A DNA stretch of 64,000 bases from contig NC_134027.1 in assembly GCF_964204645.1 (NCBI RefSeq), forward strand, positions 17,322,560-17,386,559, in the 5' to 3' direction. The notes under the pieces are model-generated. The model did not search any database. It was not told the DNA's origin and saw only the letters and a list, made by a program, of their open reading frames with translations. This DNA is from Tubulanus polymorphus (taxonomy: Eukaryota; Animalia; Nemertea). This document shows positions 13,393-27,219 of the stretch, piece after piece. The position numbers and the translations under genes are program-made. Within the stretch, counting starts at the first letter, position 1; every line of letters begins with the position of its first letter.

Positions 13393-14152
13393 ATGGTAGA
13401 ATTAAAAGAATATAGAATATTTGTTGATTCTAGAAGACTTACTAATTATAAATCACATAATTTATTAGTACAATTAGATAGAGTATTTAAGAATTGTGTT
13501 GATTTGAAATTAGTAAATATAAGTTTATGTAACTCATTTTACAATATATCGAAAAAAACTGTTCAACATAGAGCCTTTTTAATTTTTAATGAAAATAAAA
13601 ATGAATGGGCCTATATATATTTAAAACCAGGGTTATATAATTTAGATACATTGGCACAAGAAATTAATAGAAAAGCCTGGCACAAGTCGGGTAATAATTC
13701 CGGGTTTAAAAATAGATTTTCAAAAAGTGAGAGTTCTAACAAAATAAAGATAAGGTTGACTGATATTGAAAAACATAAATTTATGGTAAAAAAAACCTAT
13801 AGCTAAACTGTTAGGAATTCCTCCAGATAGATCTTTTACAAATATTGATGCTACACCAAACTTAATACCTTTTACACACTTTTATATTTATTGCAATTTA
13901 ATCGATTCTACAAAAACCTTCGAAGCAACTAAAGATATAACTTGTAATTCTGGTTTATTAAACATTTTACCATTGAAGAATGTTAAAGAATTTGGAACGC
14001 AAATAAATTATAATTTAACAGAATGTGATTTCAAACCATGCATTCCTCAATTTAATAATTTTAGATTAGAAATAAGAATTCATAATGGATATTTAATAGA
14101 TTTGAATAACTTTCCTGTGATATATGAATTATTTATAAGATGTAGGGAGTAA
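13393..14152 (+). pseudogene. Putative minor capsid (penton-like) protein, frameshifted at ~13800
   Basis: IFVDSR, LKPGLYN, FYIYCNLI, FRLEIR..NG.LIDLNNFPV.YEL are motifs of Polinton/virophage minor capsid proteins; homolog of 40203-39451. Confidence 0.7.
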
Positions 14153-14169
14153 TTTTTTCACTATATAAA

Positions 14170-15178
14170 TCAATATAACTGTTGGACCGAGTATATGTTT
14201 TGGGTTTGATTTTAAACATGGTAAAGAAATGAGAATTAAACTAAATGATGTAATTACTGATATTAAACGTAAATCATTTAATAATGCATCAATGATTAAT
14301 AAAGAAAATTGTAATATAGAAAAAGTAATTGATTTAATTTTAAACACCCTTAGAATATTATGAATTAAATGAAGATGGAATTATCGATGATATAAAAGAT
14401 ATATTATCCAAAATATATGATAATCATAAAAGTAGTAATGAAATAAATGTTGAAATAATTATAACTAAGATAACTAAATATTTTGAAGATAGTAATTTTT
14501 TTGATAAATAAATTAGTGATAATAAGTGGATAATTACTGGATTATATAATGGTGCCTTACTATCAGTTGGAACTGTTGGTTATTCAGTGGTATTAAAAAA
14601 AGTATTTAAAATGGGAAGTGTTAATGTTGATAGATTTGATATAAATGATATTTTAAAATTAACGTTAGCAGTTACTTTATCTAATTTAACTATTGATTAT
14701 TTGGAAAAACATATATTCCTCCTATATAAATGCATAATTTTTTGCTAAATAAATTGCTTCTGCAATTCTAACTATTATAGGATCGGCAATTGTTAACGCT
14801 TTAGCATTTACTGGGGGTGGTTATTTATTCAAGCATATTGATAAAAATGGTTCATTATCAGAACAAAAAAGACATAACTTAGCATTAGAGAAATACAATA
14901 AAGCTGCAGAAGAATATAGAGAAAAGAGGCAAAACTATATGGATTATATTAACAAGGAATTATATGATCAGAAGATTTCACATAGAGCTTTTCAATCAGT
15001 CGATTATGCAATGAGTTTATATAACGCAGTAACCAATTACATCTATATAAACCTAAATTATCATATTATTATACCCCAATTATTATACCCCAAGTAAAGA
15101 ACAACAGAAATATGAAATAATTTGGATTTTAGGTGGAAAAGTTATTGTTATATTTGTAGCATATAAATTTACTAATTA
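14170..15178 (+). pseudogene. Three small Polinton genes (homologs of 39433, 39091 and 38846), degenerate
   Basis: Nucleotide collinearity with copy C; start codons mutated, frameshifts. Confidence 0.75.
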
Positions 15179-15200
15179 GGAATATTTTTTTGCTAAATAA

Positions 15201-15638
15201 ATGGATGATAAAGTTGATAATATTGATATTATTCCTCATGATATAAATAAAGCTAAATTAAAAATATATTTAGAAAAACAAATATTAGAATTTGATGAAA
15301 GTGACTTAAAGATAAAAAAGAAAAAATATTTGAAATCTAAAATTATATATTATTTTATTATCAGTGGTTCAGTTACAATTAGTTCTGTAATAACATTTCT
15401 AGCAATATTCAGTCCATTAACACCTTTAGCTATATCAATTGGTGTGCTAGGATTAAGTTCAAGTGTTTTAACTGGTATAAGTTCAAAATTAAATATAAAA
15501 AGTAATAAAGAAAAAATTAAAACTAATATAAAAGAAATTGATAAATTAAAAAATACACTAGATTATATAATAAGTTTAAATGGTAATATAACAGTTGAAG
15601 AACGAGATAAATTATAAAAAGAATTAATAAATTATTAA
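15201..15638 (+). pseudogene. Small two-TM coiled-coil protein, late premature stop
   Basis: Homolog of 38403-37969; stop at 15617. Confidence 0.75.
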
Positions 15639-15654
15639 TTTTTTTATTATATAA

Positions 15655-16953
15655 ATGGGGTTTCCAAAAGCTTTCCAATATAATAAATCAATTAAATATA
15701 ATATTCCTGCAATAGATTTTAATAAAGATATTTCATATAGAAATGAAGTTTTAAATTCATTAATTAATTTAGATATTTATGTTACTGAAACTAATAATTT
15801 TAATGTTAAAATGGAAAATATGTTTCATGTGTATACAATTAATTTTAAAAATTCAAATGAGGCAAAACAATGGTTATTAAAATCTAATATGAAGTATTGG
15901 CAGAACCAATTGAATTTTGCTGTTTATTGCGCAACAACAGGGTGTGGTATAAGTTGGAATGATCATTTAAACAAACCAAGTTTACCATTGATGTTATCAC
16001 TTTTTAGATTTCATACATATTTTCAAATAAAATTAATATTGAATGAATTAGAATGTCCTTTACCAGGTTCAAAATATTTTAATGAACTAAATAATAATAT
16101 TAATTTTTTCTAAGTTTTATAAAATATGTAATGAATTTAATATTAATTCAAATAATGATTTAAGGGCAAAAATTGGTACAATGGGTGGATTAGGAATATT
16201 ATATACTAAAGAATTTGGAAAAATAATGACAAATACAGATATAAGAACACTAAATTGGAATGAATTACCAAAATATTATAATAATATACAACAACAAAAT
16301 AATGACGGTCTGATTAATTTTATTTTAGAAAATAGTGAAGGTTTTACTAAAGCTGGAATACAAAGAATAAATCAATCTATTAGAACTTTTTGATATGTAT
16401 TCTAGGTGCACAAGTTGAAACAAGATCCCCAATAGTTGGAAATGATAATACTTCATTTGATACACAAAAACAATTTAAAGTTTTGTTTGAAGATTCCATT
16501 CATAATGATAAAATTAGATCGATTCCAGAAAACATGGTACGATATCAAAATTATTTAGATAAATCACATATTAGAATAAATTATTGTAAAGGCCATAATC
16601 TATTAATTATTTCTAATGATTTAGTATTAAAGATGGGAAATATAATTGGTTATAATAATCTAATTAAAACTGCAACAATAAATAATTCATTTGGATTAAA
16701 TGATATAAATAAAAAGATTATTACTGCTCCAAAATTAATGGAAGGTGAAAAAAATAAAAAACATATTCAATCAACAGAAACTAAAAATAAGAATATCAAA
16801 TTGGATAATGATTCTAAAATAAACGATTACAATACTACAGAAAATATTCAACATGACATAATTAAAACTGATAATGATAATAAATCCCATGAAAATGCTA
16901 AATTAGCTATTACTTGTATAGGAATTGTAATAGGAGGAATATTATATTTTTAA
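15655..16953 (+). pseudogene. Conserved WQNQLNFA-family protein with C-terminal TM, frameshifted
   Basis: ORFs 15655-16113, 16181-16393 and 16390-16953 join into one gene homologous to 37952-36582. Confidence 0.8.
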
Positions 16954-16975
16954 CTTTAATTTTTTTATTATGTAA

Positions 16976-18685
16976 ATGGCAAAATGTGGAGAAGATATTC
17001 CAATGGGTACTTTAGGTGACGCCCCTGTTATACGCGATGAACCACAACTTGATTTTTAATGTTAATGATGATGGATCAGAATATAATTCTAATTTAGGTG
17101 CAGATGATTCTAGTGGGCCTATATTATATGATTATGATGAATTTAAATATGATACTGAAACAAGTGAAAAATTAATAGATTATTTGAGAACTCGCGATGA
17201 GATAATAATTAAAACTAGACCAAAAAGAAAAGATTTAATTAATAGATTAGAAAGAACAGAAAACCCTGAATTGAAAAAAGAATTATTATACATAAAACAT
17301 AGTGTAACAAATACAGTTATTGAAGAATTATTACCAAAAAATATAACAGATAACATTGAACCAGAAGATATTTCAGAACAAATTAGACATGATCCACATT
17401 TCATGAATAATTTAGAATTTAAAAATGATTCATGGTTTTATAATCTTGACTTAAATGGTGAAAATGTAAAATTAGAATTATCTTAAATGGGACAAGAAGA
17501 TCTGTACCATCCTGAAATGCGTGCAAGATCTACAATTAAAAGTTCAAAAGGTGGTACAGAATTTATTAGAATTATACGGAATGCACTCGATAGAGTAAAT
17601 GAAGAAGAACCTATTCCGAATATTGATATTAACAAATATTCACCATCTAAAAGTCCAAATTTAAATCCTACTGATGTTGATCCAGAAATGGAAGATTTTG
17701 CAGATCGATCAGATAGATTAAGATCTTCAACACCAAAAACATCGAGAAGAGATATTCAACAAATTGATAATGATTCAAGTCAATTACAATTAGTAAAACA
17801 TTTTGATAGCATGTTAGATACAGTTCATTCATTTGAAGAGGAGATGAATAGTGTTTTAGATACACCCGGTACTGAAACTGGAATAAATCGAATACAATCT
17901 TTACTAGAAAAAGGATTACTTGATTTAAATGAAGAACAATTGAAAATATTTCCTGAACAAGCACGTAGAGAAATTAAAGGTATGCAAGAATCAGCTGGTA
18001 AAATTGCTAATATTAAGATGAGATTTTCTAAAATAACTATGTTAGAAAAAGAATTAACTAATGCAAATGAAGAATTAAAACAATTAGAATTAAATAAAAA
18101 TCTTCAAGTAATAGAGGAAGCTGATTTTGAAAGCAGAAAGTTAGCTTTAGAAAAAGAAATAGATGATTTAAAATATAACAAAGAATTACAGGAAAAAGAA
18201 AGAGATATATTATTAAAATCATATGATCCTAATCATATTAAAAAATTAAAAGTTATTTTTAAAGATTAAATAATAAAACCAGATTCTAAAATATCATTGA
18301 AAGACAGAAAAAAATTATTATTTAAATTAGAAGGAATCACAATTATTTCATTCTAAAAGCTGTAATTATGTTATTTACAACCATTGGTTTAGCTATTTCA
18401 AATTCATTAAAATCTACACCTACTCCTAATAAACCAGATAAACCCCCGAGTAATAATTCTATACAAGATAAAGTTAAGGATGGTTTAAAAAAATTAGCAA
18501 AATATTTATGGGAACATAAACATTTCTGCTGCAGCATTACCCGGAGTTATTGCATCGATTGTTGGTTTTATATTGAAATCTGCTGGGAATCATCTTAACT
18601 TTGCTGCTGAACATATTATTTAATTTTTAATCACATTTGTAAGTGCTATTATGTTTGGGTTAGTGAATATGATAAAAATAGATAA
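16976..18685 (+). pseudogene. Large coiled-coil protein with C-terminal hydrophobic/amphipathic helices (EDIPM family)
   Basis: ORFs 17016-17486, 17487-18269, 18368-18598; N-terminal part matches 1182-2255, C-terminal part matches 35564-35130. Confidence 0.8.
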
Positions 18686-18704
18686 CTAATTTTTTGTTAA
18701 ATAA

Positions 18705-20001
18705 ATGAGTGGGAGTTATATAAATCCTTCTAAGAATCATAGAATATCTAATGCTATTAAAGCAGAAAGATCTCATCATATAATTACTCATAACCCTTTT
18801 AATATTAATCCTGATTAAACTTTATATGTTAGAATTCCTCGATTAACACAAAATACTTTTTATGTTCCAAATAGTATTTATTTATCAGCTGATATAAAAG
18901 TAACTGGTAATAATAATAATTATGTTGTTGATAATGTTGGAAGATATTTGATTAAAAAATTAACTATAAAGATTGGCCCAGAAACAGTTTTCTCATTAGA
19001 TGATTATAATTTATTTATGCATTACGAAGATTTATGGTTAACTAAAGAAAATAAAAATAATATGATATTTCAAGGCATCCAATCAGAAAACCAAAATAAA
19101 ATTAAAATCAGGAGCTAATGATGCAATAGTAACTCGTATCGCAGATAATTTAATAAAAAAGATTTTTGGAAGCAAATATAAAATTCCATTAGACTTTGAA
19201 TTGATAAATAATAATATAAGAGATTATATAAATACGCAATTCAAGAAGATTTTATATTCGAAATAACATTTGCTCCTGTAAATGAGATTGTATTATCTAG
19301 CGTTGTTAAAGATATGGGTTATAAATTATCGAATATATGTTGAGAATATGATACAGTAACTGATGAAAATATTGCTAACACAATTCAAACTCAATACAAT
19401 CAAGGATTTTCATTGTTATATGCTTATATTGATAAATTTAAAACTGTAACTATTAATGCAAGTGATGAAATTATTAATGAGAATATTAACTTCCCAAGAA
19501 GATCTATAAAAGGTATATTAATATTTTTTACCATTGCAACATATTCTAATGGTGCAATACAGGTTGATAATTATTACAATCCTGAAATAACAAAAGAAGA
19601 AATAACTATCGAAGGAATAGCAAATAAAATATTTTGTCCAAGGAGTAGAATGATGAGAATGATAGGTATTTTGGCAAGGAGTAGAATGATGAGAATGATA
19701 GATCAATGGCCAGAAATTAGAAAAAATTTTATGAATGAAAAAGTAAAATCATCTGAAAATTGTTATATTTATCAAATTGGCTATTATACCGGTAATAAAT
19801 ATGCATTATGGTTAGATTTTAGAATAACTGGAGATAAATTTATTACATGGTTCTGGGAAAAAATTACAGAACACTAAAGATGGAATACAATTATTCATGA
19901 CAAAGAAAAAAGGAAGCTTTAATTTCAAAATGCACATTTACATCATATCTGACGCGCAATTAAATATTGTAAATTCTCAATTAAATAGTGTTATGTATTA
20001 G
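18705..20001 (+). pseudogene. Major capsid protein, degenerate copy
   Basis: Starts MSGSYINPSKNHR as 35088; stops, frameshifts and a 36-bp duplication at ~19640-19700. Confidence 0.85.
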
Positions 20002-20032
20002 AATTTTAATTTTAATAAAAAAATTATAATAA

Positions 20033-21475
20033 ATGGAAGGAGGAATATATGAAATACAAAGTCCAAGTGAAATGATACCAGATATATATTATATAATACC
20101 TTATGATGAATACAGTAAGTATTTTGGAGAATACTTTAATCAATTCAAATATAGAATAAGTAAAATAGATCATAATATTGAACCTAAAATAGAAGATAAT
20201 ATTGAATCTAAAATAGAAGATAATGTTATACCTTCTACATCGAATGATGATAAGATTGAACCTGATATCGAAACCCCTATTAAAGCAGAAAGATCACATC
20301 ATATAATTACTCATAACCCTTCAAATATTAATCCCGATGAAACTTTATACGTTAGAATCCCTCGATTAACACAAAATACTTTTTATGTTCCAAACAGTAT
20401 TTATTTATCAGCTGATATAAAAGTAATCGGTAATAATAATAATTATGTCGTTGATAATGTTGGAAGATATTTGATTAAAAAGTTAACAATAAAGATTGGT
20501 CCAGAAACAGTTTTCTCATTAGATGATTATAATTTATTTTCACATTATAAAGATTTATGGTTAACTAAAGAAAATAGAAATAATATGATATTTCAAGGAA
20601 TTCAATCAGAAAACCAAAATAAATTAAGATCAGAAGCTAATAGCGCAATATTAACAAATGATGTAGATAAATTGATAAAAAGTATATATGGAAGCAAATA
20701 TAAAATTCCATTAGACTTTGAATTGATAAATAATAATGCACCTTTATATAAATACGCAATTCAAGAAGATATTATATTTGAGATAACATTTGCTCCTGTA
20801 AATGAAATTGTATTATCTAGCGTTGTTAAAGATATGGGTTATAAATTATCGAATATATGTTTAGAATATGATACAGTAACTAATGAAAATATTTCAAGTA
20901 TAATTCAAACTCAATACAATCAAGGGTTTTCATTATTATATGATTATATTGATAAATTTAAAACTGTAACTATTAATGCAAATGATGAAATAATTAATGA
21001 GAATATTAACTTTCCTAGAAGATCTATTAAAGGTATATTAATATTTTTTACTATTGGAACGTATACTAATGGCGCAATAAATGTTGATAATTATTATAAT
21101 CCTGAAATAACAAAAGTAGAAATAACTATCGAAGGTATAGCAAATAAAATATTTTGTCAAGGAATGAGAATGATTGATCAATGGGTAGAAATTAAAAAAC
21201 ATTTTATGAATGAAAAAATAAAATCATCTGAAGATTGTAACATTAATCAAATTGATTATTATACCGGTAATAAATATGCATTATGGTTAGATTTTAGAAC
21301 AACAGAGGATAACTTATTACATAGTTCTGGAAAAAAACTACAGAACACTAAAGATGGAATACAATTATTCATGACAAAGAAAAAGGGAATCAAAAATTTT
21401 AAAATGCACATTTATATTATATCTGACGCGCAATTAAATATTGTAAATTCACAATTAGATAGTGTTATGTATTAA
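20033..21475 (+). CDS. Chimeric ORF: MEGG N-terminus (~82 aa) fused in frame to near full-length major capsid protein
   Basis: aa 1-82 match 21508; from IKAERSHH to the end matches 35088-33868; uninterrupted 480 aa. Confidence 0.8.
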   Translation: MEGGIYEIQSPSEMIPDIYYIIPYDEYSKYFGEYFNQFKYRISKIDHNIEPKIEDNIESKIEDNVIPSTSNDDKIEPDIETPIKAERSHHIITHNPSNINPDETLYVRIPRLTQNTFYVPNSIYLSADIKVIGNNNNYVVDNVGRYLIKKLTIKIGPETVFSLDDYNLFSHYKDLWLTKENRNNMIFQGIQSENQNKLRSEANSAILTNDVDKLIKSIYGSKYKIPLDFELINNNAPLYKYAIQEDIIFEITFAPVNEIVLSSVVKDMGYKLSNICLEYDTVTNENISSIIQTQYNQGFSLLYDYIDKFKTVTINANDEIINENINFPRRSIKGILIFFTIGTYTNGAINVDNYYNPEITKVEITIEGIANKIFCQGMRMIDQWVEIKKHFMNEKIKSSEDCNINQIDYYTGNKYALWLDFRTTEDNLLHSSGKKLQNTKDGIQLFMTKKKGIKNFKMHIYIISDAQLNIVNSQLDSVMY

Positions 21476-21507
21476 AATTTTAACTTTAATAAAAAATCTT
21501 ATATTAA

Positions 21508-22709
21508 ATGGAAGGTGGAATATATGAAATACAATCTCCAAGTGAAATGATATCAGATATATATTATATATTACCTTATGATGAATACAGTAAGTATTTT
21601 GGAGATTACTTTAATCAATTCAAATATAGAATAAGTAAAATAGAAGATAATATTGAACCTAAAATAGAAGATAAGAATGAAACTAAAATAGAAGATAAGA
21701 ATGATATTGAATATAAAATAGAAGATGATATTGAACCTAAAATAGAAGATAAGAATGATATTGAATATAAAATAGAAGATGTAACAGGATATGTATCTTA
21801 TAATATACCCTCTACAACATATGATATTGAATCAAAAAAGACAAATGAAAAATATTGTGACGTATGTAAACAGTATAAAAGTTATAAGAATTGGGCAACT
21901 CATCTTAATTCACTCAAGCGTAAGACAAATAAGAATAAGACTATAAATGAATTGAATAATAATAGTGAAATTGATGATTATAATGTTAAAGAAGATAAAT
22001 ATTGTGAAGAATGTGATAAATATATAAGTCGTAGTAATTTTTCAAAGCATAAATTAACTCAAATACATTTGGATAATGTAGAAAGAAATATATGTGAAAA
22101 GTGTAATGTTGTTGTATTACCTAAAGATAAAATTAAACATGATAATTCTATTGAACATACAATAAAAGCTATTGATTCAAAACGTCTTTTTAGAGCACCA
22201 AGTGTATTTTTTGATGTCGAGAATAATTATCATAGGAAATTAAAAAGATCAATTTTTATCAATTATGTAAGAAATAATCCAAAACAAGTATTATCAGATA
22301 TAGAAACTATTTGGACAGATATACAAACATTTCCAGGTGATTATTTAGGTATACATTATTTCATAAAATTTAAAAATACAGATTTTTTAACAAAAATGAA
22401 AAAAGTTGCTGATAATGATAATTATGATAATAAAAGTGATGATGAGATAATTCAATATTAAAGTTATGAAGATTTTTCACAGGATGTTATAAATGAAATA
22501 ATAAATGATGCAAAAAATAAATATAAAAATATAAGTGAAGACAAATTAAACCAATGTATTTATTTAACTTATGAATTGTATGCTAAGAATTTGAATGCTG
22601 TTGATGGTTATCATACTAAACTATTAGGTGAAGTTGAAGGTAATAGAAAATCACAGGAATTGAAAGATGCATGTCCAAATTGTAGAATTAGAATCAAAAA
22701 AGTAATTTA
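21508..22709 (+). pseudogene. MEGG-family Zn-finger protein (KIED repeats, three fingers, unique C-terminus)
   Basis: 317-aa ORF plus probable frameshifted continuation to 22709. Confidence 0.7.
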
Positions 22710-24449
22710 AAATAATATGTAATAGATGAAATCTAAGTGACGGACGCTTCGTCACTGCAGCTTGATTTAATTTTTACGACTAAGATTAAGAAATCATAAC
22801 GATTCGTAAACAACCTCGTTCACGGAGTGTAACAAAAACACTCAAAATAATGTCATTGACTAAAGGAACACCTAGAAAATTAATTGTTGTCAATGAAACT
22901 GGAAAGAAACTTTTACTAACTCTTAAAGTCTATCAATTTTATTTCGATGTTGAAATTGTTCTGTAGATTTGGGCCCCGAGCATTAAATTATTGAAGAAAT
23001 TAAATCAATTCTTATTGTTAAGCTTGGAAAAATGAAAACTAATGCCATATAGTTAAGTGGTGGGGGAAAGAAAGATGAAACTTCAACTTTAAGGTTCGAT
23101 TAATTTCTGGTTATTAAAAAGTTTGGCTTATATTTTGATTAGGAAAATTATGACGAACCTGTTCCTTTCATCTGTAGATCAAATGAAATTCAATTTTCTA
23201 TGAAAATAACTTGACCCATTTCTTAACTAAATATAAACTGGTGTTTGGCTACCGGGGGCAGGTCGGTTTACCACTGCTAAAAAGATTTACTATTTCGATT
23301 TGTATCAGGAATGGTTTATAAACGACTTCGTAAAACCCGAAATGTTAAAACCGACATTATGGTAAAACTGAGACGATTTGCAAGATTGAAGAATTTTACC
23401 CGGTGTTCATTTAGAAATTAGCTCCATTTGAAAAGTAAAGGTAGACAGGAAAAAAGGAAAGACACGTTGAAAGTCATCGATCGCATTATTTGTTTCTACC
23501 AGAAAAAAAATCGAATAAATTATCAGCAGTAAAATTCAAATGTCAATACAAAAATTGATTTCTCTCGCGAAAAATATTTATCTGTCTCTAATTCTCGGGG
23601 GAATGTCGAGTACCGGGAATCTACGGCTCAAAATTAATAGTGCAAGTGGCTTGCGGTACCGAATTCCTTATTTGGTGAAAGAAGGGCGGAGACTAATGTT
23701 TTTGCCGACCGCGATGTCGCTGCTCATCGGAGAGAGACCGTGCCGCCGATCCGCCGCGCTGCCTTGAAATTTTAAGCCAATCGTACGACAACGCGACTCA
23801 TCGCAGTTTTACGGTCATTAAACTTGATAAATGATTACATATTTCAGCGCTGCGGCTGGGGATGACTGTCGCACGTGCGCGCGAGAGCGTAATTCTCCGG
23901 GATTCGAACCTGCGATGGCTGAACCGGGCGCCGGCGCGTAGTTTTTTATTATGAATTCGCTCCCGTTGCTAAGGGGATTTCAGCTATTTTCGAACTCGTT
24001 CGATCAACGCGGTTCATTGTTAAACTATTCATCGACCCAATCTTGTTCGAAATTTCATAAAATAAATAAATTCCGAATTCCTCTTGATAGACCGCGTTCG
24101 GAGGATTTCACCATAAAAATATCCATCTAGGGCTCAGTCATGACTCCTTCCAAGTGCGTTCCGTTGCACAATATCGTCCCCCCGTACAATCTCGCAGGAT
24201 ATCTCGCAACAACTAGTCTAGATCTCACATATCTTCAACCTCACAGTCTCGAACTAATAAAAACAAAACCACGAATGATGCGACTCTCCTCTCCTCATGT
24301 TCCTTCTTCAGACGTGCCCAGCTTCCAAAAACATAACAGACTCGCCATGTAGAAATATATATACAATAGCCATGTCATTAGGCCATTTATTAGGTCGATA
24401 AATACAGCATCGACGGGACATTTCCATAGTACAGGACTATGGAAAAATG

Positions 24450-25431
24450 GGCTCAAGTCCATTATAGCATTAAATAGTTCCAGCAGAGACTTATCACATT
24501 GGACTGGTATTTGGAATTAATCCGCCAATATTGGACTGATTGAATCTTACGATATTACGCCATAGGGACGTGCGAACATACTGACATACCGACAAACCGA
24601 CGAACCGACAAACCGACGAACCGACAAACCGACATACCGACGAACCGACATACCGACAAACCGACGAACCGACAAAAAGACAAATCCGTGCGTGGATTAC
24701 CCTTATATAAAGTGGCTGGGATCGAGGGGCTGCGTGGTTGCGTGGATTACCCTGGTTATATAATGGGGCTGGGATCGAGGGGCTGCGTGGTTGCGTGGAT
24801 TACCCTTATATAATGTGGCTGGGATCGAGGGGCTGGGTATATGCGTAGATTACCCGCCGATTTCCCTCATATAAAGTGGCTAGGATCGAGGGGCTGCGTG
24901 GTTGCGTTGATTACCCTTATATAAAGTGGCTGGGATCAAGGGGCTGCGTGGTTGCGTGGATTACCCTTATATAATGTGGCTGGGATCGAGGGGCTGGGTG
25001 GTGCGTGGATTACCCTTATATAATGTGGCTGGGATCGAGGGGCTGGGTGGTGCGTGGATTACCCTAATATAAAGTGGCTGGGATCGAGGGGCTGTGTGGT
25101 GCGTGGATTACCCTTTTATAAAGTTGTTGGGATCGAGGGGCTGTGTGGTTGAGTGGATTACCCTTATATAATGTGGCTAGGATCGACGGACAGGGTTTTT
25201 CCGTGGATTACCCGTGGCTGGATCGAGGGCATACGAGTTTGTCGGTTTGTCGGTATGTCGGTTTGTCGGTTCGTCGGTTTGTCGGTATGTCGGTTTGTCG
25301 GTTCGTCGGTTTGTCGGTATGTCGGTTTGTCGGTATGTCGGTTTGTCTTGAAAAATACGCAGCCGAATTACTCCTTTTCTAAAAATGTATCCTTGAGCGG
25401 GAACTATTCCACGCTATACTGGACTTGAACC
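24450..25431. mobile_element. Non-autonomous DNA transposon (Merlin-like: GG termini, 8-bp TSD)
   Basis: TSD GAAAAATG at 24442-24449 and 25432-25439; ~30-bp TIRs GG(C/T)TCAAGTCCA.TATAGC; absent from the 5' LTR; superfamily assignment tentative. Confidence 0.85.
24580..25346. repeat. Inverted subterminal ACCGACAA/ACCGACGA arrays flanking a ~52-bp minisatellite (~10 copies)
   Basis: 24580-24675 vs 25238-25346 are inverted; unit TGCGTGGATTACCCTTATATAATGTGGCTGGGATCGAGGGGCTG repeated across 24688-25230. Confidence 0.9.
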
Positions 25432-26788
25432 GAAAAATGCATACAAACTGCTCTCAACCTCGCTCTAAGAGGTTTAACCAATTATTATAAATACATGTAT
25501 TGCGAAAATCGCAATAAAATATCATGGTCACAGATGGAAATCGCAGTATCAGCTTCAATAGGCTATCAAAGCTGGAGAGAAAGTGATTAAGTTCCCCCAG
25601 CTTCAGAGTTGAAGCAAGAAATGCTTCAGCTGCTTTGAAATAAGGATCTCAGATAGAAAGCTTCAAATCATGCTTTCAGACGACTGCCAAAGTAACTATT
25701 CAGCTAGGCTGTATAAAATTCGTAATGAAGGTTGAAGCATCACAAAGCTGGAAAGCTTGATGCTTTAAGAAACATGCTTAGCATCACAAAAGCTGAGATC
25801 TTTAGTCTATGCACACGATAATTCGAATCTTCTCTATCTACATGATAATTGTAGTTGAAGCATCTAAAAAGTGAAAGCTTCAAAGCATCCTCCATGCTTC
25901 ACGGGGGGAATATGCTTCACCATAAAGTTATTTGATTCTATCTACAAACATACGATACTTCACATCGATGATAGCTGAAGCATCTTAAAAGTGAAAGCTT
26001 CAAAGCATCATTGCTTCACCATAATAAAGTTATTTCATTCCATCTACATGCGATACTTCATGACGATTAGTTGAAGCATCTCAAAGCATCTCAAAGCTGA
26101 ATGCTTCAAAAGTAAGGGTCTGGAAAACGATTCCCATATGTCACCATCCATGACGAAATAGCTTATAATACGCTGTCGTTAGAAATATAATTTAATTCTA
26201 ACCACGTTCTATGCAATTGCTCACCGAATAAAGGTAGTCAGTCAGCCGATCTTCAAATAAATATCTTCAGTTTGCTTGCTTTATAACTTGACGTAAGTTG
26301 ACAATCAAGTTGTTATTACTGAGCAGCCGAACTGTCACACTTATATAGAGGCGCGGCGTGACGTCACAACAAAAACAAAGGCTCTAATTGGCCGAGAGAC
26401 GCGAAGCATGACGTCACGTAACAACAAAAGCCGCGATTGGCTAGAAAAACACGTGCAGAGACGAGCACACCACAACAAAGGCTGTGATTGGTTGAAAAAC
26501 CACAGGGAGGCTCAGCTCTGCACATAAATTATTGAAACACGGGAATCCAACCCGCACGGATAATTATTATGAAAACTTTGAGAACTACGCGAATAGAAGT
26601 GAGAATAGAAGTCCCGCGACAGAAATAAAGGTAGATAAATCACTCAAATGTGAATCCATCCACCCCGCGCCTATATGGTTTAATTAATACAACGCGACAT
26701 CGCATAAGAAAGGAAGGCAAAGGAAGAGAGGGGAGGACACCGAAGCGAAAGAAAACAACAAATCAAATCAAAATCAATTTTCGTTACA

Positions 26789-26802
26789 ATACCCCCCTCT
26801 AG
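26789..26802 (-). other. Polypurine tract of the Gypsy element
   Basis: Minus strand CTAGAGGGGGGTAT directly before TGT of the 3' LTR. Confidence 0.8.
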
Positions 26803-27219
26803 CCCTTTGCCTGTACATAAAAGATAAAAGGCAATGGGCGAAAATGCCCAAGAAAATTGCCAAGAACACTACAAAATACAAGAGAACGTCCGAATCCGAT
26901 CTACGCACTAATTGAACACTAAAGCATACTAATACTCTACTAATACTCTAACTCGTATACATATACTAACTATACTAATATATTACAATACTCACTAACA
27001 ACGTAACCGTACTAATAAAGAACATGAGATAAAACTATATGACGCGATAGAAAGAAGGTCTGGAAGATCACTCTTCACGGCGACGTTGATGAATCTCCCG
27101 GCAGATGTTGCAGAGTTCGCACTCGATGTCGTGGGTCGTCGTAAATTCGGTCTTTATCTCTGATTCAAACATAACATGAGTGTGTAGCTTCTGTCCCGTC
27201 TTTTCGGCGAGTCGCTGAG

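Larger units (their letters stand above)
12818..22737 (+). mobile_element. Polinton-like copy B: left hairpin TIR plus capsid arm only, with duplicated capsid gene
   Basis: TIR followed directly by the same gene order as 40571-33005 in copy C; no PolB, integrase or ATPase; right end missing. Confidence 0.9.
24080..26788 (-). repeat. Gypsy 3' LTR (last ~260 bp missing; carries a 982-bp insertion)
   Basis: Direct repeat of 52824-54536; starts TGTAACG on the minus strand immediately after purine tract AGAGGGGGGTAT. Confidence 0.9.

Noticed and set aside
23880-23960. tRNA/SINE (GGGATTCGAACC = reverse B-box)
   Set aside because: No cloverleaf or A-box could be built; at most a SINE remnant
22738-24079. 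Possible host gene or right end of copy B
   Set aside because: No TIR match, no convincing ORF or exon; left unannotated
24140-24352. Duplicated ORF (also 52884-53222) as a gene
   Set aside because: Lies antisense within the two LTRs; lengths differ by a stop; no protein motif
24688-25230. CRISPR-like regular repeats
   Set aside because: Whole unit is repeated with no unique spacers, no cas genes, eukaryotic TE context
25143-25428. ORFs with VCRFVGLS repeats
   Set aside because: Translation of the 8-bp repeat array
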